This document shows positions 34,032 to 44,641 of a DNA stretch of 64,000 nucleotides, one piece after another (within the stretch, counting starts at the first letter, position 1; each line of letters starts with the position of its first letter). Source of the stretch: Bdellovibrionales bacterium. Lineage in GTDB: Bacteria; Bdellovibrionota; Bdellovibrionia; Bdellovibrionales; UBA1609. The notes under the pieces were generated by a model. That model was not told the origin of the DNA. It made no database searches and worked only from the letters and a program-made list of their open reading frames with translations. The DNA lies in the NCBI GenBank assembly GCA_965200875.1, contig OZ241456.1, forward strand, positions 32,001-96,000. Reading direction: 5' to 3'. A program made the translations under genes and the position numbers.

Positions 34032-34784
34032 ATGAAAACATCTCAAAAAAAAACCTCCTCAAAGGAAGTTAAAAAAATATTCAGCTCCATAGCCGTTAAA
34101 TACGACCAGGTTAACAAATTTATCACTTTAGGTATGGACACAAAATGGAGAAAAAAACTGGTACAGTGGAGCCAAGTGCCTGAAAACGGGAAAGTTTTAG
34201 ATTGTGCGACCGGTACAGGAGCACTGGCTTTTGAGTTCCAAAAACAAATGGGACCAAAAGCGCGAATAACCGGCGTGGATTTTTGTAAAGAAATGTTACA
34301 GCAGGCTTACAAAAAAATGGAAAATATGTCTTCTGCCTCCCAAAAACACCTAAGCCAAACAATTAAAAATATTCATTTCCAGCTAGCAGATATTCAAAAA
34401 CTTCCTTTCCCGAACAATATTTTCGATGTCTGCTCTATGGCTTACGGACTCAGAAACACCGAAGACCCTTTAAAAACCCTTCGGGAAATGGCTCGGGTTA
34501 CAAAAAAAGGAGGTATAATCATAATTTTAGAGACTGGAGATAAACCCATGCCTCTTTTATGGCCTTTTTTTTACCTGCATTTCCGTTATATTGTCCCGTT
34601 TTTAGGAGGAAGGCTTACCGGCCAGAAATCCGCGTACCGGTATTTACAAAAAACTTCTAGGAACTTCCCATCCCGGGGGTTTCTCCTAAAGCTTATGAAA
34701 GACACAAAATGTTTTCATGCTTGCGAATACAAAGCTCTTTTTTTTGGCGCAAGCTTTATCTATAAAGCCCGCGTGGTCACTTGA
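34032..34784 (+). CDS. menG: Demethylmenaquinone methyltransferase UbiE/MenG
   Basis: FSSIAVKYD, LDCATGTG, LPFP, YGLRN, AYRYL. Confidence 0.92.
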   Translation: MKTSQKKTSSKEVKKIFSSIAVKYDQVNKFITLGMDTKWRKKLVQWSQVPENGKVLDCATGTGALAFEFQKQMGPKARITGVDFCKEMLQQAYKKMENMSSASQKHLSQTIKNIHFQLADIQKLPFPNNIFDVCSMAYGLRNTEDPLKTLREMARVTKKGGIIIILETGDKPMPLLWPFFYLHFRYIVPFLGGRLTGQKSAYRYLQKTSRNFPSRGFLLKLMKDTKCFHACEYKALFFGASFIYKARVVT

Positions 34785-34812
34785 ATAACAAACGACCTAA
34801 GTCGGGAGAACT

Positions 34813-35157
34813 TTAACTGTCATTTAATCCGCGGGAAGGCTTCTTTAAGTTTGAGTCCAGCCAAGAAAGAAAAGGCAAATTAGCTTTTGAAAAAGAAATG
34901 AATACCACTAAAGGACAAGTGTAACTGTGATGTTTCAGGATTTCCTCACATAAACTTTCAAACAAATCCTTACGGGTTTTTAAAATCAAAACCCTTTCCT
35001 CCTCTTCAATGTATTTACCCTCCCATTCATAACAGGATAAACCCGCTGGAAAAATATTTGCACAGGCCGAAAGCTTTTGTTGCAGACAAGCTTTAGCGAT
35101 TTTTTTAGCCTCCTCAAAACTTCCAACCGTCACATACACAAATCCATATTGTTTCAT
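34813..35157 (-). CDS. cutA: Divalent-cation tolerance protein CutA
   Basis: YVTV..EEAKKIA, ACANI, YEWEG, HSYTCP; start uncertain (up to 35187). Confidence 0.92.
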   Translation of the reverse strand: MKQYGFVYVTVGSFEEAKKIAKACLQQKLSACANIFPAGLSCYEWEGKYIEEEERVLILKTRKDLFESLCEEILKHHSYTCPLVVFISFSKANLPFLSWLDSNLKKPSRGLNDS

Positions 35158-35692
35158 TTTGGTAGTCATTAAAATCTCCAACCTCATTTGGCCTTAATAG
35201 TATAACTCTGTCGTCTTTTATATCTGGTTCAAAGTGAGAATCGTTATTGTCATTGTCACCACAAACAACAATTCTCTCAATCTTTTTGTCTTTTAAAAGG
35301 TTACGCATATTGTTAGGACCAAAAAATAAAACTGGCTTATTTTTTAGTTTTAAAATTAAAATTTAATAATTATCAGGTTTTATGCTTACTTATGGTCTTG
35401 AATTGACGCATGCACCCATTTTGATAAAGAGAAAAAGTTAAAAAAACTGGCAGAAAAAAAGGCTTTGCCGGGAAAAGTCTTTCTGGATGATCAAAAAGTA
35501 ATTCCGACAATTAAAACATTGAAGATATGGCAACCCGTGGAGGTGGCAAATGGTTTACCACTCAAGTATACAGAGTCTCAAGACGGCATAAGTTATGAAA
35601 GTAATTTTACGAGACAGTCACTTTTTAAAGGATTAAAATTAAAATGAATGATATAAAAAAAACGAAACAATTTTTAAACAAGGGGGAAAACA

Positions 35693-36100
35693 ATGGCACT
35701 ATACTGTGTGATTTGTAATATATTACTAGAGCACCCACAAAAGAAAGTCTGTGCAAATATAATCTGTAAAAGAAAACACCATAATAATTTAAGGCGAAAC
35801 TGGAGTGAAAAGAATCCAGAAAAGATAAAAAAATTTAATGAAGATAGGCGAAAGAGGGAATGGTTGAAAAAAGGGTTTTCAGAGCCACCGCCTAAGAAAG
35901 TTTATCCAAAGAGAATATATGAAGATAATAATGTTGATGACCTTGCGATTTTAAACAGGTGCAGAGCTAGTGCAGGATTACGGCCACTCTCTGAAATGCC
36001 ACAGGTTCGCTGTTATGCAGATCAAGGCCCAAAGCCAGAGAGACCCACAACATTACCTATGGGAAAAGGAAATAAAAAAATATACCCGTCAACATATTAG
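35693..36100 (+). CDS. Hypothetical basic protein with Cys-rich N-terminus (phage-like)
   Basis: YCVIC...VCANIIC then a Lys/Arg-rich helix; GGGGG RBS-like site; AT-rich island. Confidence 0.55.
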   Translation: MALYCVICNILLEHPQKKVCANIICKRKHHNNLRRNWSEKNPEKIKKFNEDRRKREWLKKGFSEPPPKKVYPKRIYEDNNVDDLAILNRCRASAGLRPLSEMPQVRCYADQGPKPERPTTLPMGKGNKKIYPSTY

Positions 36101-36256
36101 ATATAACAATAATGCCTTTGGCGACTTTTATAATTGCTTTTTGAAAGAAGTAAATACCAAGCTGGATGATATTTTAAGCAAACAATAAATTTTTCACTGG
36201 CCATTATTTGCAATTCATTGTTATTTTAATTCTTTATCTTCAACAATAATCCTATG

Positions 36257-36854
36257 TCTTTATGATTCCCTTTACTAAAAACGAAAAAAACCGTCTGAGA
36301 TAGACAGGATTTTTCACAACAAAAAGAATTATACGAAAATCTATAATGTAGAAAATTATCTGCCTTCTAGGCAGTAAAACTATTTATTCTTTTTTTTACT
36401 CATCTTCAACAACAATAAAACCACTTTGATTTTTTAAGGTTAAATAAGCCCCCAAACTTGGATCAACTTTCGCCCCGTCCAATTTCACCCACCAAAAATT
36501 CGCATCTCTCAAATTCGCCCTTACTAGGTTTGCCCCTCGCAAATCCGCAAGTCTCAAATTCGCATTACGCAAATTCGCCCTTCTCAAATCCGCCCCGTAC
36601 AAATTCGCGCCTCGCAAATTGCACTTATAATTTCCTGGCGTATAGATATAGTCTCTATAATTATCAATATTACAGGTAGTATCAGCCTCATTCTGGCCAT
36701 AGCTCAAAACACCAAAGCTTAAAAATAGTAAAGCAATTATTAATTTCATTATTTATCTCCTTTTTTAATTGTTTGGTTTGCATAATACAGGATTTTATAA
36801 AAAACACTTAATGAAAAAATAGCACTGTAAAAAAAATAAAGGGAATCATAAAGA
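36257..36854. mobile_element. About 600-bp cassette bounded by perfect 18-bp inverted repeats
   Basis: TCTTTATGATTCCCTTTA (36257-36274) and its reverse complement TAAAGGGAATCATAAAGA (36837-36854). Mobility is inferred, not shown. Confidence 0.5.
36396..36749 (-). CDS. Secreted pentapeptide-repeat protein
   Basis: Signal peptide MKLIIALLFLSFGVLSYG; repeats ANLYG ADLRR ANLRN ANLRL ADLRG; AGGAG RBS. Confidence 0.9.
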   Translation of the reverse strand: MKLIIALLFLSFGVLSYGQNEADTTCNIDNYRDYIYTPGNYKCNLRGANLYGADLRRANLRNANLRLADLRGANLVRANLRDANFWWVKLDGAKVDPSLGAYLTLKNQSGFIVVEDE

Positions 36855-36942
36855 AAGGGGGGTGGCTTTCAATCGCGGAAGGGGGGTTTCCATCTTTTTG
36901 TTTTTAAAGAGATTTGAGATGATAGAGAGATATTAAAAAAAA

Positions 36943-37263
36943 CTATGACCTATTTTTTATGTCCTTCACAATGACTTCATAAAGATCATCAAAACGCTTA
37001 TTTAAAAGTGCAATCTCTTTACTTAAAAGCGCAATATCTTTATTTGTTTCAGTGATATGATTGGCCAGAGTAAGCTTTATATCTGCAAAATTTTTATTTG
37101 AGGTTTGAATATGACTGACAAGACTTTCCTTTACTGTCGATAAATCCCTTCTCAAAGGATCAATTTTATCATCCACAAGATTAGCTATATCACGCTTAAA
37201 ATCTTCAAAAGGTGGCCAACCTGGCAAAAAACCATTTTTCTTATTTTCTTTCATAATAGCCAC
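36943..37263 (-). CDS. Hypothetical coiled-coil protein
   Basis: Heptad pattern and KDIALL/KEIALL repeat. Confidence 0.55.
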   Translation of the reverse strand: MAIMKENKKNGFLPGWPPFEDFKRDIANLVDDKIDPLRRDLSTVKESLVSHIQTSNKNFADIKLTLANHITETNKDIALLSKEIALLNKRFDDLYEVIVKDIKNRS

Positions 37264-37299
37264 ATTATATCATATTTATTTTTAAAGGGAGATTTTATT

Positions 37300-37527
37300 T
37301 TATACATTTATAATTTCCACCACTATTTTACAAAACTTGCTCCATGTTTTATGGTCAGGCTGAAATTCCTGTAAATTATTAAAATCTAAAATAAGATCCT
37401 CTTTAGCACACTTTTTCCGTACTTCTCTGCACATCCAGGTCAAATGTGCGGGCCTTAAAACACCGGGAATCCCCAGAGAATAATACTTACTTTCAACAAA
37501 TTCCTCTAAAGTAAAACCTTCAGACAT
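37300..37527 (-). CDS. Hypothetical protein
   Basis: 75-aa ORF with GGAG RBS. Confidence 0.45.
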   Translation of the reverse strand: MSEGFTLEEFVESKYYSLGIPGVLRPAHLTWMCREVRKKCAKEDLILDFNNLQEFQPDHKTWSKFCKIVVEIINV

Positions 37528-37705
37528 CTTAAATTCTCCAAAATACTACCTTAACCCCACACTAAAGCCGGGGGCAAAGGGGCAAAAATGGCTAAAATTG
37601 GTTTACCCAAAATAAATTTTTGAAATAACTAACAAAATTCAAATTAACACGATGTAATAACAAAGGGCAGAGTGCGTGTACACATACATATATATGGCCT
37701 TTTAC

Positions 37706-38743
37706 TCAGATCCGGTTCATAGTTTTTTTTCTCATCTGCCATTGTTCCAAAGCATATTGTCTCATGTCCGCCACGGAATCAAATTCATCCACAATTTCCA
37801 CACCCAATAAAGTTTCCACGGCATCCTCTAGGGTCACCAAACCGGTTAACACTCCATAAGAATCTACAGCAATAAAAATATGCTCTTTTCTTTTAATAAA
37901 CTGATCCAAGACTGCCGCCACAGAAATTTGATCGGGAATGGAATGAATAGGCTTCATATATTCTTCCAAACTTATGTCAAACAAGTCATGTGAATAAGCT
38001 TCCAATATTTTATAACGATGAATAAAACCCACCACTTGATCCAAACTTCCCTCAAAGACAGGAACCCTGGAAAACCGAATGGGCTGATTTTTCTCCATAG
38101 CTGATTTTATTTTTAGGTTTTTATCAAAAGCCAAAATGACGGCTCGAGGAGTCATGATTTCAGACACTTTAAGAGTGTCCAACATAAGGAGATTTTTAAT
38201 CACCCGACTTTCTTTTTGCCCTATAGCCCCTTCACTCGCTCCCATTTCTGCTGTAACAATCATATCTTCACGGGTGATGGAAGTGGTTTTTTTTCGGGTC
38301 AGCAGGCGATCCAGTTTTTCAGAAAACCACACCGCTGGATAAAGTGCGAAAATAAGAGCACTTACTAGATAAGTTACAAAGGGAGCCAGAGATCGCCAAT
38401 AGTTTGCCCCTATAGTCTTTGGAATAATTTCTGACACTATCAATATAACAAGGGTTAAAATAACAGAAGCTAGGGTCACAAACTTACTGCCATATAAAGT
38501 ATGAACTTGAGCGCCCACTCCAGCCGCTCCCACCATATTGGCAAAAGTGTTTAATGTTAAAATAGCGGAAAGCGGGCGATTTATTTGATTTTTAAGGGAT
38601 TTTAAAATATTTCCATAAGCCTTTTTCTTTTTAAGAACCGCCCGGACATACACAGAAGTGGTAGAAAGCATCACCGCCTCCATGACAGAGCAACAAAAAG
38701 ACACCACCACCGCCAGAAAAAAATAAATAAACAACAAGGTCAT
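37706..38743 (-). CDS. CNNM/DUF21-CBS domain membrane protein (CorB/hemolysin family)
   Basis: SFCCSVMEA, ILTLNT, SEIIPKTIG, IMTPR, FSRVPV, GLVTLED. Confidence 0.93.
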   Translation of the reverse strand: MTLLFIYFFLAVVVSFCCSVMEAVMLSTTSVYVRAVLKKKKAYGNILKSLKNQINRPLSAILTLNTFANMVGAAGVGAQVHTLYGSKFVTLASVILTLVILIVSEIIPKTIGANYWRSLAPFVTYLVSALIFALYPAVWFSEKLDRLLTRKKTTSITREDMIVTAEMGASEGAIGQKESRVIKNLLMLDTLKVSEIMTPRAVILAFDKNLKIKSAMEKNQPIRFSRVPVFEGSLDQVVGFIHRYKILEAYSHDLFDISLEEYMKPIHSIPDQISVAAVLDQFIKRKEHIFIAVDSYGVLTGLVTLEDAVETLLGVEIVDEFDSVADMRQYALEQWQMRKKTMNRI

Positions 38744-38982
38744 TTAAGCTCTCTTTCCCTCAATACTGAATGTTTTTTCTGGGACATTATGCACTCTCTT
38801 AAAAAAAATTCAGAGGGAAAAACCACAAAGCCAGGTTTACGGGTAAACCACCCCATACAGCTTACAACCAAGAAAAAAACCTCCGGGGGAAAAATAAAAA
38901 AACAGACCGAATCAGGATCATCTTTTTCAGATTTTCCATCTGTCGCTGAACAAGAAATAAAAATAGATAACAGGGCATTCAT
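38740..38982 (-). CDS. Hypothetical protein
   Basis: 80-aa ORF filling the dcd-CNNM gap, overlapping the downstream start by 4 nt. Confidence 0.3.
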   Translation of the reverse strand: MNALLSIFISCSATDGKSEKDDPDSVCFFIFPPEVFFLVVSCMGWFTRKPGFVVFPSEFFLRECIMSQKKHSVLRERELK

Positions 38983-39013
38983 ATACCAAAAAACAGGTTA
39001 GCAAATTTTTTAA

Positions 39014-39556
39014 TCATTTTGCACTATTTTCCTGATCCATAAAAATTCGTGTCCCTACAGCCCCTTTTTGCCCTTGATACTTGCCTTTATAGGGATTTTT
39101 TGTTTTCTGATCCATGCTACAAAACACAATTTGACAGATGCGTCGCCTAAAATGAAGACGAATAGGCAAAGTATTGGCGTTATAAAGCTCTAAAGTGAGT
39201 TTTCCCTCAAAGCCCGGATCCACCCACCCGGCATTTTGGATAAAAAGCCCCATACGCCCAACAGAGCTTCTTCCCTCCACAAAGGCTGTCAAATGATGCG
39301 GTAAACGGATAGTTTCTATAGTTGTAGCCAAGACGAAGGAATGAGATGGCACCAAAAAATCCTCTGATTCCACAGTTTGATAATGAGGTTCAGAGTTAAA
39401 ATCCAAAATATCCGCTCCCCAATGCTTGATAATAACAAATTGTTTTCCAAGCCTTAAATCCACGGAAGCAGGTTGTATTGAATCTTTACCCAAAGGATCA
39501 ATCAACAATTCTTTGCTTTGCAAATGGGCCTGAATGCTGGTATCAGAAAGAATCAT
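39014..39556 (-). CDS. dcd: dCTP deaminase
   Basis: [36 protein letters not shown]. Confidence 0.96.
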   Translation of the reverse strand: MILSDTSIQAHLQSKELLIDPLGKDSIQPASVDLRLGKQFVIIKHWGADILDFNSEPHYQTVESEDFLVPSHSFVLATTIETIRLPHHLTAFVEGRSSVGRMGLFIQNAGWVDPGFEGKLTLELYNANTLPIRLHFRRRICQIVFCSMDQKTKNPYKGKYQGQKGAVGTRIFMDQENSAK

Positions 39557-41676
39557 GCTTTTTTCTCTTTCTTTCTTTCTTTTTCCGCGCTTTGCTTAAT
39601 CAGCTCTTCCTGCACATTTCGGGGCACTTGAGAATATCTGGAAAATTCCATAGTAAATTCCCCTTTTCCCTGAGTGGCAGATCGCAGTTCTGTTGAGTAG
39701 TTAAACATTTCCGCTAAAGGCACTTCCGCCTCAATAGTCACAAACTTATTTTGGGCACGCGTGTTTTTAATCATACCTCTTCTTTGGTTGATTTGTCCGA
39801 TAACATTACCTTGAAACTCATCAGGAGCAGACACTTCCAGTTTCATAATAGGTTCTAAAACCGCCGGACGAGCCTTGACAAAATGTTCCCGGAAAGTCGC
39901 CATAGCACAGATTTTAAAAGCCAACTCACTGGAGTCCACATCATGATAAGCACCATCTGATAAAACCGCCTGAACCCCTACAATAGGAAAGCCGATTAAA
40001 GGGCCTTTTTTCATCTGCTCCTGAAAACCCTTATCCACCGCCGGAATATACTCCTTGGGAATCCGCCCGCCTGTTATTTTATTCAAAAATTCATAGTGTT
40101 TTTCCTCTTCCACGGGAAGGGGGTTAAAAGTCCCCATGACCTTGGCAAACTGTCCTGCTCCTCCTGTCTGCTTTTTATGAGTGTATTCATACTCCACAGA
40201 TTTTGTAATGGTCTCCCGATAAGCCACCTGAGGCTGGCCCACATTGACTTCACATTTAAACTCTCTTTTCATCCTTTCTATATAAATATTAAGATGCAAT
40301 TCCCCCATTCCAGAGATAACAGTCTGACCGGATTCTTCATCTCTATGCACCCGAAAAGTGGGATCTTCTTTTGTGAATTTCTGTAAAGCCTTGCTGAAGT
40401 TTCCAGTAGCACTTCTTTCCTGAGGTTCAACAGCCATAGAGATAACCGCGTTTGGAACAAACATGGAAGTCATGGTGTATTGAACACCTTCAGCACAAAA
40501 AGTGTCCCCGGAAGCGCAATCAATTCCAAAAAAAGCCACTATATCCCCCCCGCTGGCGGAACTAATTTCCTCGGTTTCATCTGCATGCATATAAACAATA
40601 CGAGGCACTTTTATTTTCTTTCCTGTGCGCACATTATGGATAAAAGCCCCTTTTTTGACAGTACCCTGGTAAATTCTCATATAAGTAAGTTGACCAAAGG
40701 GAGTATTATCCAGTTTAAATGCAAGACCCACAAACGGTTTTTCAGGATTCGGCAAAAGCACCACCTCTTTTTCCTCTTCCATCTGATTAAAAGCTTTGTT
40801 CTCCACTTCGGAAGGATTGGGTAAATAATCCACCACCGCATATAAAATCAGCTGAACACCTTTGTTTTTAAAAGCCGATCCCATAAAGACAGGAGTGATA
40901 TTTAAAGACACTGTCGCTTTACGAACTGCACACTTTATTTCCTCTTCCGTGGGATCTTTTTCACTCAGAAATTTTTCCGCTAAATGATCATCAAAATCCG
41001 ATAAGGCTTCAATCATTTTTAAACGATACTCTTTGGCCTTAGCTTTCAAATTTTCAGGAATATTTTTTTCCACCACTTTTTCCCCTTCTGTCCCTTCAAA
41101 ATAAAAAGCCTTCATTTTTACCAAATCCACCACTCCTTCATGTTTTTCCTCTAAACCAATGGGAATTTGCATCAGGATAGCGTTATGATTCAGTTTTTCC
41201 CTTAACATTTCACATACTCGAAAAGGGTTTGCTCCAGCCCGATCCAACTTGTTGATAAAGGCCACACGAGGCACTTTATAACGGCGCATTTGACGATCCA
41301 CTGTAATGGATTGAGATTGCACTCCGGCAACACCACACAAAACCAAGACCGCACCATCTAACACCCTTAAAGATCTTTCCACTTCAATCGTAAAGTCTAC
41401 ATGGCCTGGAGTATCAATAATATTTATATCATAATCCTCCCAGCTGACATTGGTGGCCGCAGACTGAATGGTAATGCCCCTTTCTCTTTCCAATTCCATA
41501 GAATCCATTTTGGCCCCCACTCCATCTTTACCCCGTACATCGTGAATAGCGTGAATCCGACCGGTGTAAAATAAAATCCGCTCTGTTAAAGTGGTTTTTC
41601 CGGAATCAATATGCGCGGAAATTCCAATATTGCGCACTTTTTCAATACTCCATTGCTTACTCATTTTTTGCCTCAC
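39553..41676 (-). CDS. fusA: Elongation factor G (spd/mtEF-G1-like)
   Basis: [41 protein letters not shown]. Confidence 0.97.
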   Translation of the reverse strand: MRQKMSKQWSIEKVRNIGISAHIDSGKTTLTERILFYTGRIHAIHDVRGKDGVGAKMDSMELERERGITIQSAATNVSWEDYDINIIDTPGHVDFTIEVERSLRVLDGAVLVLCGVAGVQSQSITVDRQMRRYKVPRVAFINKLDRAGANPFRVCEMLREKLNHNAILMQIPIGLEEKHEGVVDLVKMKAFYFEGTEGEKVVEKNIPENLKAKAKEYRLKMIEALSDFDDHLAEKFLSEKDPTEEEIKCAVRKATVSLNITPVFMGSAFKNKGVQLILYAVVDYLPNPSEVENKAFNQMEEEKEVVLLPNPEKPFVGLAFKLDNTPFGQLTYMRIYQGTVKKGAFIHNVRTGKKIKVPRIVYMHADETEEISSASGGDIVAFFGIDCASGDTFCAEGVQYTMTSMFVPNAVISMAVEPQERSATGNFSKALQKFTKEDPTFRVHRDEESGQTVISGMGELHLNIYIERMKREFKCEVNVGQPQVAYRETITKSVEYEYTHKKQTGGAGQFAKVMGTFNPLPVEEEKHYEFLNKITGGRIPKEYIPAVDKGFQEQMKKGPLIGFPIVGVQAVLSDGAYHDVDSSELAFKICAMATFREHFVKARPAVLEPIMKLEVSAPDEFQGNVIGQINQRRGMIKNTRAQNKFVTIEAEVPLAEMFNYSTELRSATQGKGEFTMEFSRYSQVPRNVQEELIKQSAEKERKKEKKA

Positions 41677-41752
41677 CTCTTTAAAAAGATTTATTATTAT
41701 GCCACCTTAGCTTGATTTTCAACACTATTTTTTAGTATATTTTTTCAAAGAA

Positions 41753-43213
41753 ATGCTTATATCCCCTGAATCCCCTCTTCAAAGCTTTTTTGGACTCAAA
41801 AAATTTAAAAAAAACCAAAAAGAAATTATACTATGGCTTTTAAAGCAAAACCATTGTCTGGTCATTATGCCCACTGGCTGGGGAAAAAGCTTATGTTATC
41901 AGATCCCGGCCCTTATGAAAGAGGGTACAGCTCTTGTGGTGTCTCCTTTGATTGCCCTTATGAAAGATCAAGTGGATAGCCTTAAACAAAAACAAATCCC
42001 CGCGGAGGCCCTGCATTCAGCACTTTCCCCTGCGGAGAGAAAAAGCATTCTTAAAAATCTGGAGCAAAACAAATATCGTCTTCTTTATGTCACTCCAGAA
42101 AGATTTCAAAAAGAAAGCTTTTTAAGCCTGATAAAAAAACAAAATATCTCCTTTATGGCGATTGATGAAGCTCATTGCATTTCTCAGTGGGGACATGATT
42201 TCCGGCCGGATTACTCCCGATTGGGGGAAGTTAGAAAAAAACTCAAAGAACCTCCAACTATTGCCCTGACCGCTACAGCCAGTTTACACACAAAAAGAGA
42301 TATTTTAAAAAGCCTTAACCTTCCTCTCAAAACAAAAGTTTTTAAACAAAGTATTCATCGCCCAAACCTCTATTTTGGTGTTTACCACGAGATAGGCCTG
42401 GAAAATAAAATTTTAAAACTGAAAGAACTGATAAAAAAACAAAGCCCCGCTATCATTTATTTTTCCCTTATTCACACTTTAGAAAAAACCGCTCAAGCTT
42501 TTAAAAACTTAAATATTCCTTTTGTAAAATACCATAGCCAGCTGACTTCAAAAATCAGACATCAAAACCAATCTGCTTTTTTAACGAACAAAGTTCCCAT
42601 AATGATAGCCACTCCAGCTTTTGGACTGGGCATTAACAAAAAAAATATCCGCATGGTCGCGCATTTTGAAATACCAACCAGTCTGGAGTCTTATTATCAG
42701 GAAGCGGGACGAGCGGGCAGAGATAACAATCCCGGGTTTTGTTTTTTATTTTACGATGCAGATGACTTGAGTATTGGAATGGACTTCATCAAGTGGTCGA
42801 ATCCCTCACTATCTTTTATCCAACAGGTGCTCTGGATTATTAAAAACAAACAAGAGGAAGTGCAAAGTTTGGGGTTGAATTACATACGGGAACAGCTGAA
42901 TTTCTATAATCGCCGGGATTTTCGGGTGGAAACAGCCGTTAATTTATTAAAAAAATGGAATTACCTAGTGGAGATAAAACAGAGATTTTATGTATCTCAA
43001 GACCCACCACAAATATGGCCAGATTCCGCTTTGCTGGAAGAAAAAGAAAAATATCAGCTGATTCACCTGAAAAACATATTGGAGTACGCGAAAAGCTCGG
43101 AGTGCCGAAAAAAAGTTTTAGGTCAACATTTTGGAGAACCGGATATACCAGCCTGTGGTTTTTGTGATAACTGCTCCAAAAAACCACCGGCTTTGAGGAA
43201 TAGGCAAAAATAA
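41753..43213 (+). CDS. recQ: RecQ family helicase (short, no HRDC apparent)
   Basis: MPTGWGKS, DEAHCISQWGHDFRPDY, QEAGRAGRD, C-terminal CR...CGFCDNC. Confidence 0.93.
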   Translation: MLISPESPLQSFFGLKKFKKNQKEIILWLLKQNHCLVIMPTGWGKSLCYQIPALMKEGTALVVSPLIALMKDQVDSLKQKQIPAEALHSALSPAERKSILKNLEQNKYRLLYVTPERFQKESFLSLIKKQNISFMAIDEAHCISQWGHDFRPDYSRLGEVRKKLKEPPTIALTATASLHTKRDILKSLNLPLKTKVFKQSIHRPNLYFGVYHEIGLENKILKLKELIKKQSPAIIYFSLIHTLEKTAQAFKNLNIPFVKYHSQLTSKIRHQNQSAFLTNKVPIMIATPAFGLGINKKNIRMVAHFEIPTSLESYYQEAGRAGRDNNPGFCFLFYDADDLSIGMDFIKWSNPSLSFIQQVLWIIKNKQEEVQSLGLNYIREQLNFYNRRDFRVETAVNLLKKWNYLVEIKQRFYVSQDPPQIWPDSALLEEKEKYQLIHLKNILEYAKSSECRKKVLGQHFGEPDIPACGFCDNCSKKPPALRNRQK

Positions 43214-43226
43214 ACAAAGACAAGTC

Positions 43227-43715
43227 TTAATTGTAAAGAGAGCTTTCAATTTCTTTTTTTGTGGAGATGGGATCTGCTATAAACTTGAAAATAACTGGTG
43301 AACCTCCTGTTCCCTTAAATTCCAGATCCCCATAACGGAAGATTCTTCCCAAAATGGATTGTTTAATCTGTATGTTTTCAAGTCGCTCGATTCTCAGTTC
43401 ATCCGTATCTGCATGGATAAAACCTGTCTTAAATATAATCCTTTTGTTTGTTACCACATTTTCAATGGATATGTATTTTATATAATAACAGAGTAAACCA
43501 ATAAAAGAGGGTAAAAATATACACAGGGAAATAATGATATCCAATTTTCCGTCTCTAGGGCCTATTTTGGAAATGGATATTAAAAGAAACAGAAAAGAAC
43601 TGAAATTCAAAACAAACAAAAAAATGGGCATAAAGGAAATCCAGTAAAACCAATGAATCCTTTTGGAGATAATAATGTTTTCACCAGCTGTTAAAGTCTT
43701 TTTAATATACGACAT
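43227..43715 (-). CDS. Membrane protein with bacterial PH (bPH_2) domain
   Basis: MSYIKKTLTAGE, two TMs, VTNKRIIFKTG, QSILGRIFRYGDL. Confidence 0.85.
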   Translation of the reverse strand: MSYIKKTLTAGENIIISKRIHWFYWISFMPIFLFVLNFSSFLFLLISISKIGPRDGKLDIIISLCIFLPSFIGLLCYYIKYISIENVVTNKRIIFKTGFIHADTDELRIERLENIQIKQSILGRIFRYGDLEFKGTGGSPVIFKFIADPISTKKEIESSLYN

Positions 43716-43828
43716 GCCAGTTTCCTTAAAACTGTAAAAAGAAAATTTTATCTTTTTGATAAAGAAACAGCAACTCTTTTTCTGGATTAAGAGGGTTTTT
43801 ATTGACTAAAGATTTATAGAGGGTTTAA

Positions 43829-44641
43829 ATGAACTTCATTTCAAAAAGCAGAGAGTGTATCCCATTGTCATCAGTTAATAAACGCTCAGAAGATAACGGC
43901 AAGACCCGGTTAGAAAATGTGCGTAGTATTTATAATGATCTATTAAAAATGTTACGAGCATTTTTTCAATATATTTTTCATAGAGGTTTTTTTTCCAGCT
44001 TCTCTTTGGCATTTAACTCTTTCCGGGAATGGCTTTGGTTTGTATCTCACAGAAAAAGCTCCATTAATTTAATAAGCTCCATTGAAAATAATCTAGAAAA
44101 CAAGGAACATTCTACCTTTTATGTTCCTACTCCCATTATTCCCTTTTTAAGGCTGATGAAGACATTAAACCTTCCAAAAACTGCTGTGTTTGTGGACTAT
44201 GGAGCAGGTAAAGGTCGGGCAATGATTTTAGCCGCTGAGTGTGGAAGATTTTGTAAAATAAAGGGTTTGGAGTTCAGCCCATCTTTATACAATTCAGCCC
44301 GAGAAAATATCCAAAATTATATTAATAAATCCGGAAAAAACCTTTTTAATCTCATTTACGCAAATGTGATAAATTACAAAGTAAAAGCGGAAGATAACTT
44401 TTTTTATTTTTTTCATCCTTTTAATGAAACAATATTGAGTCAATGTTTGGAAAATATTTATTTATCCCTGAAGAAACATCCACGAAAAGTGTTTTTAGTG
44501 TATCAAAGCAACTGTAAAAATAATACTGATCATATTACCTCTAATGGGATTTTCCATCTGCTGAAAACTTTTGTTTCTTTTGGTTCGCGGTTTTATGTCT
44601 ATGAAAGCAAAACTCTAGAACACATCGGGACCAAACGGTGA
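43829..44641 (+). CDS. Class I SAM-dependent methyltransferase, DOT1/aKMT-like
   Basis: YVPTP...FVDYGAGKGR...AA...GLEFS...YFFHPF; start may be further downstream. Confidence 0.85.
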   Translation: MNFISKSRECIPLSSVNKRSEDNGKTRLENVRSIYNDLLKMLRAFFQYIFHRGFFSSFSLAFNSFREWLWFVSHRKSSINLISSIENNLENKEHSTFYVPTPIIPFLRLMKTLNLPKTAVFVDYGAGKGRAMILAAECGRFCKIKGLEFSPSLYNSARENIQNYINKSGKNLFNLIYANVINYKVKAEDNFFYFFHPFNETILSQCLENIYLSLKKHPRKVFLVYQSNCKNNTDHITSNGIFHLLKTFVSFGSRFYVYESKTLEHIGTKR

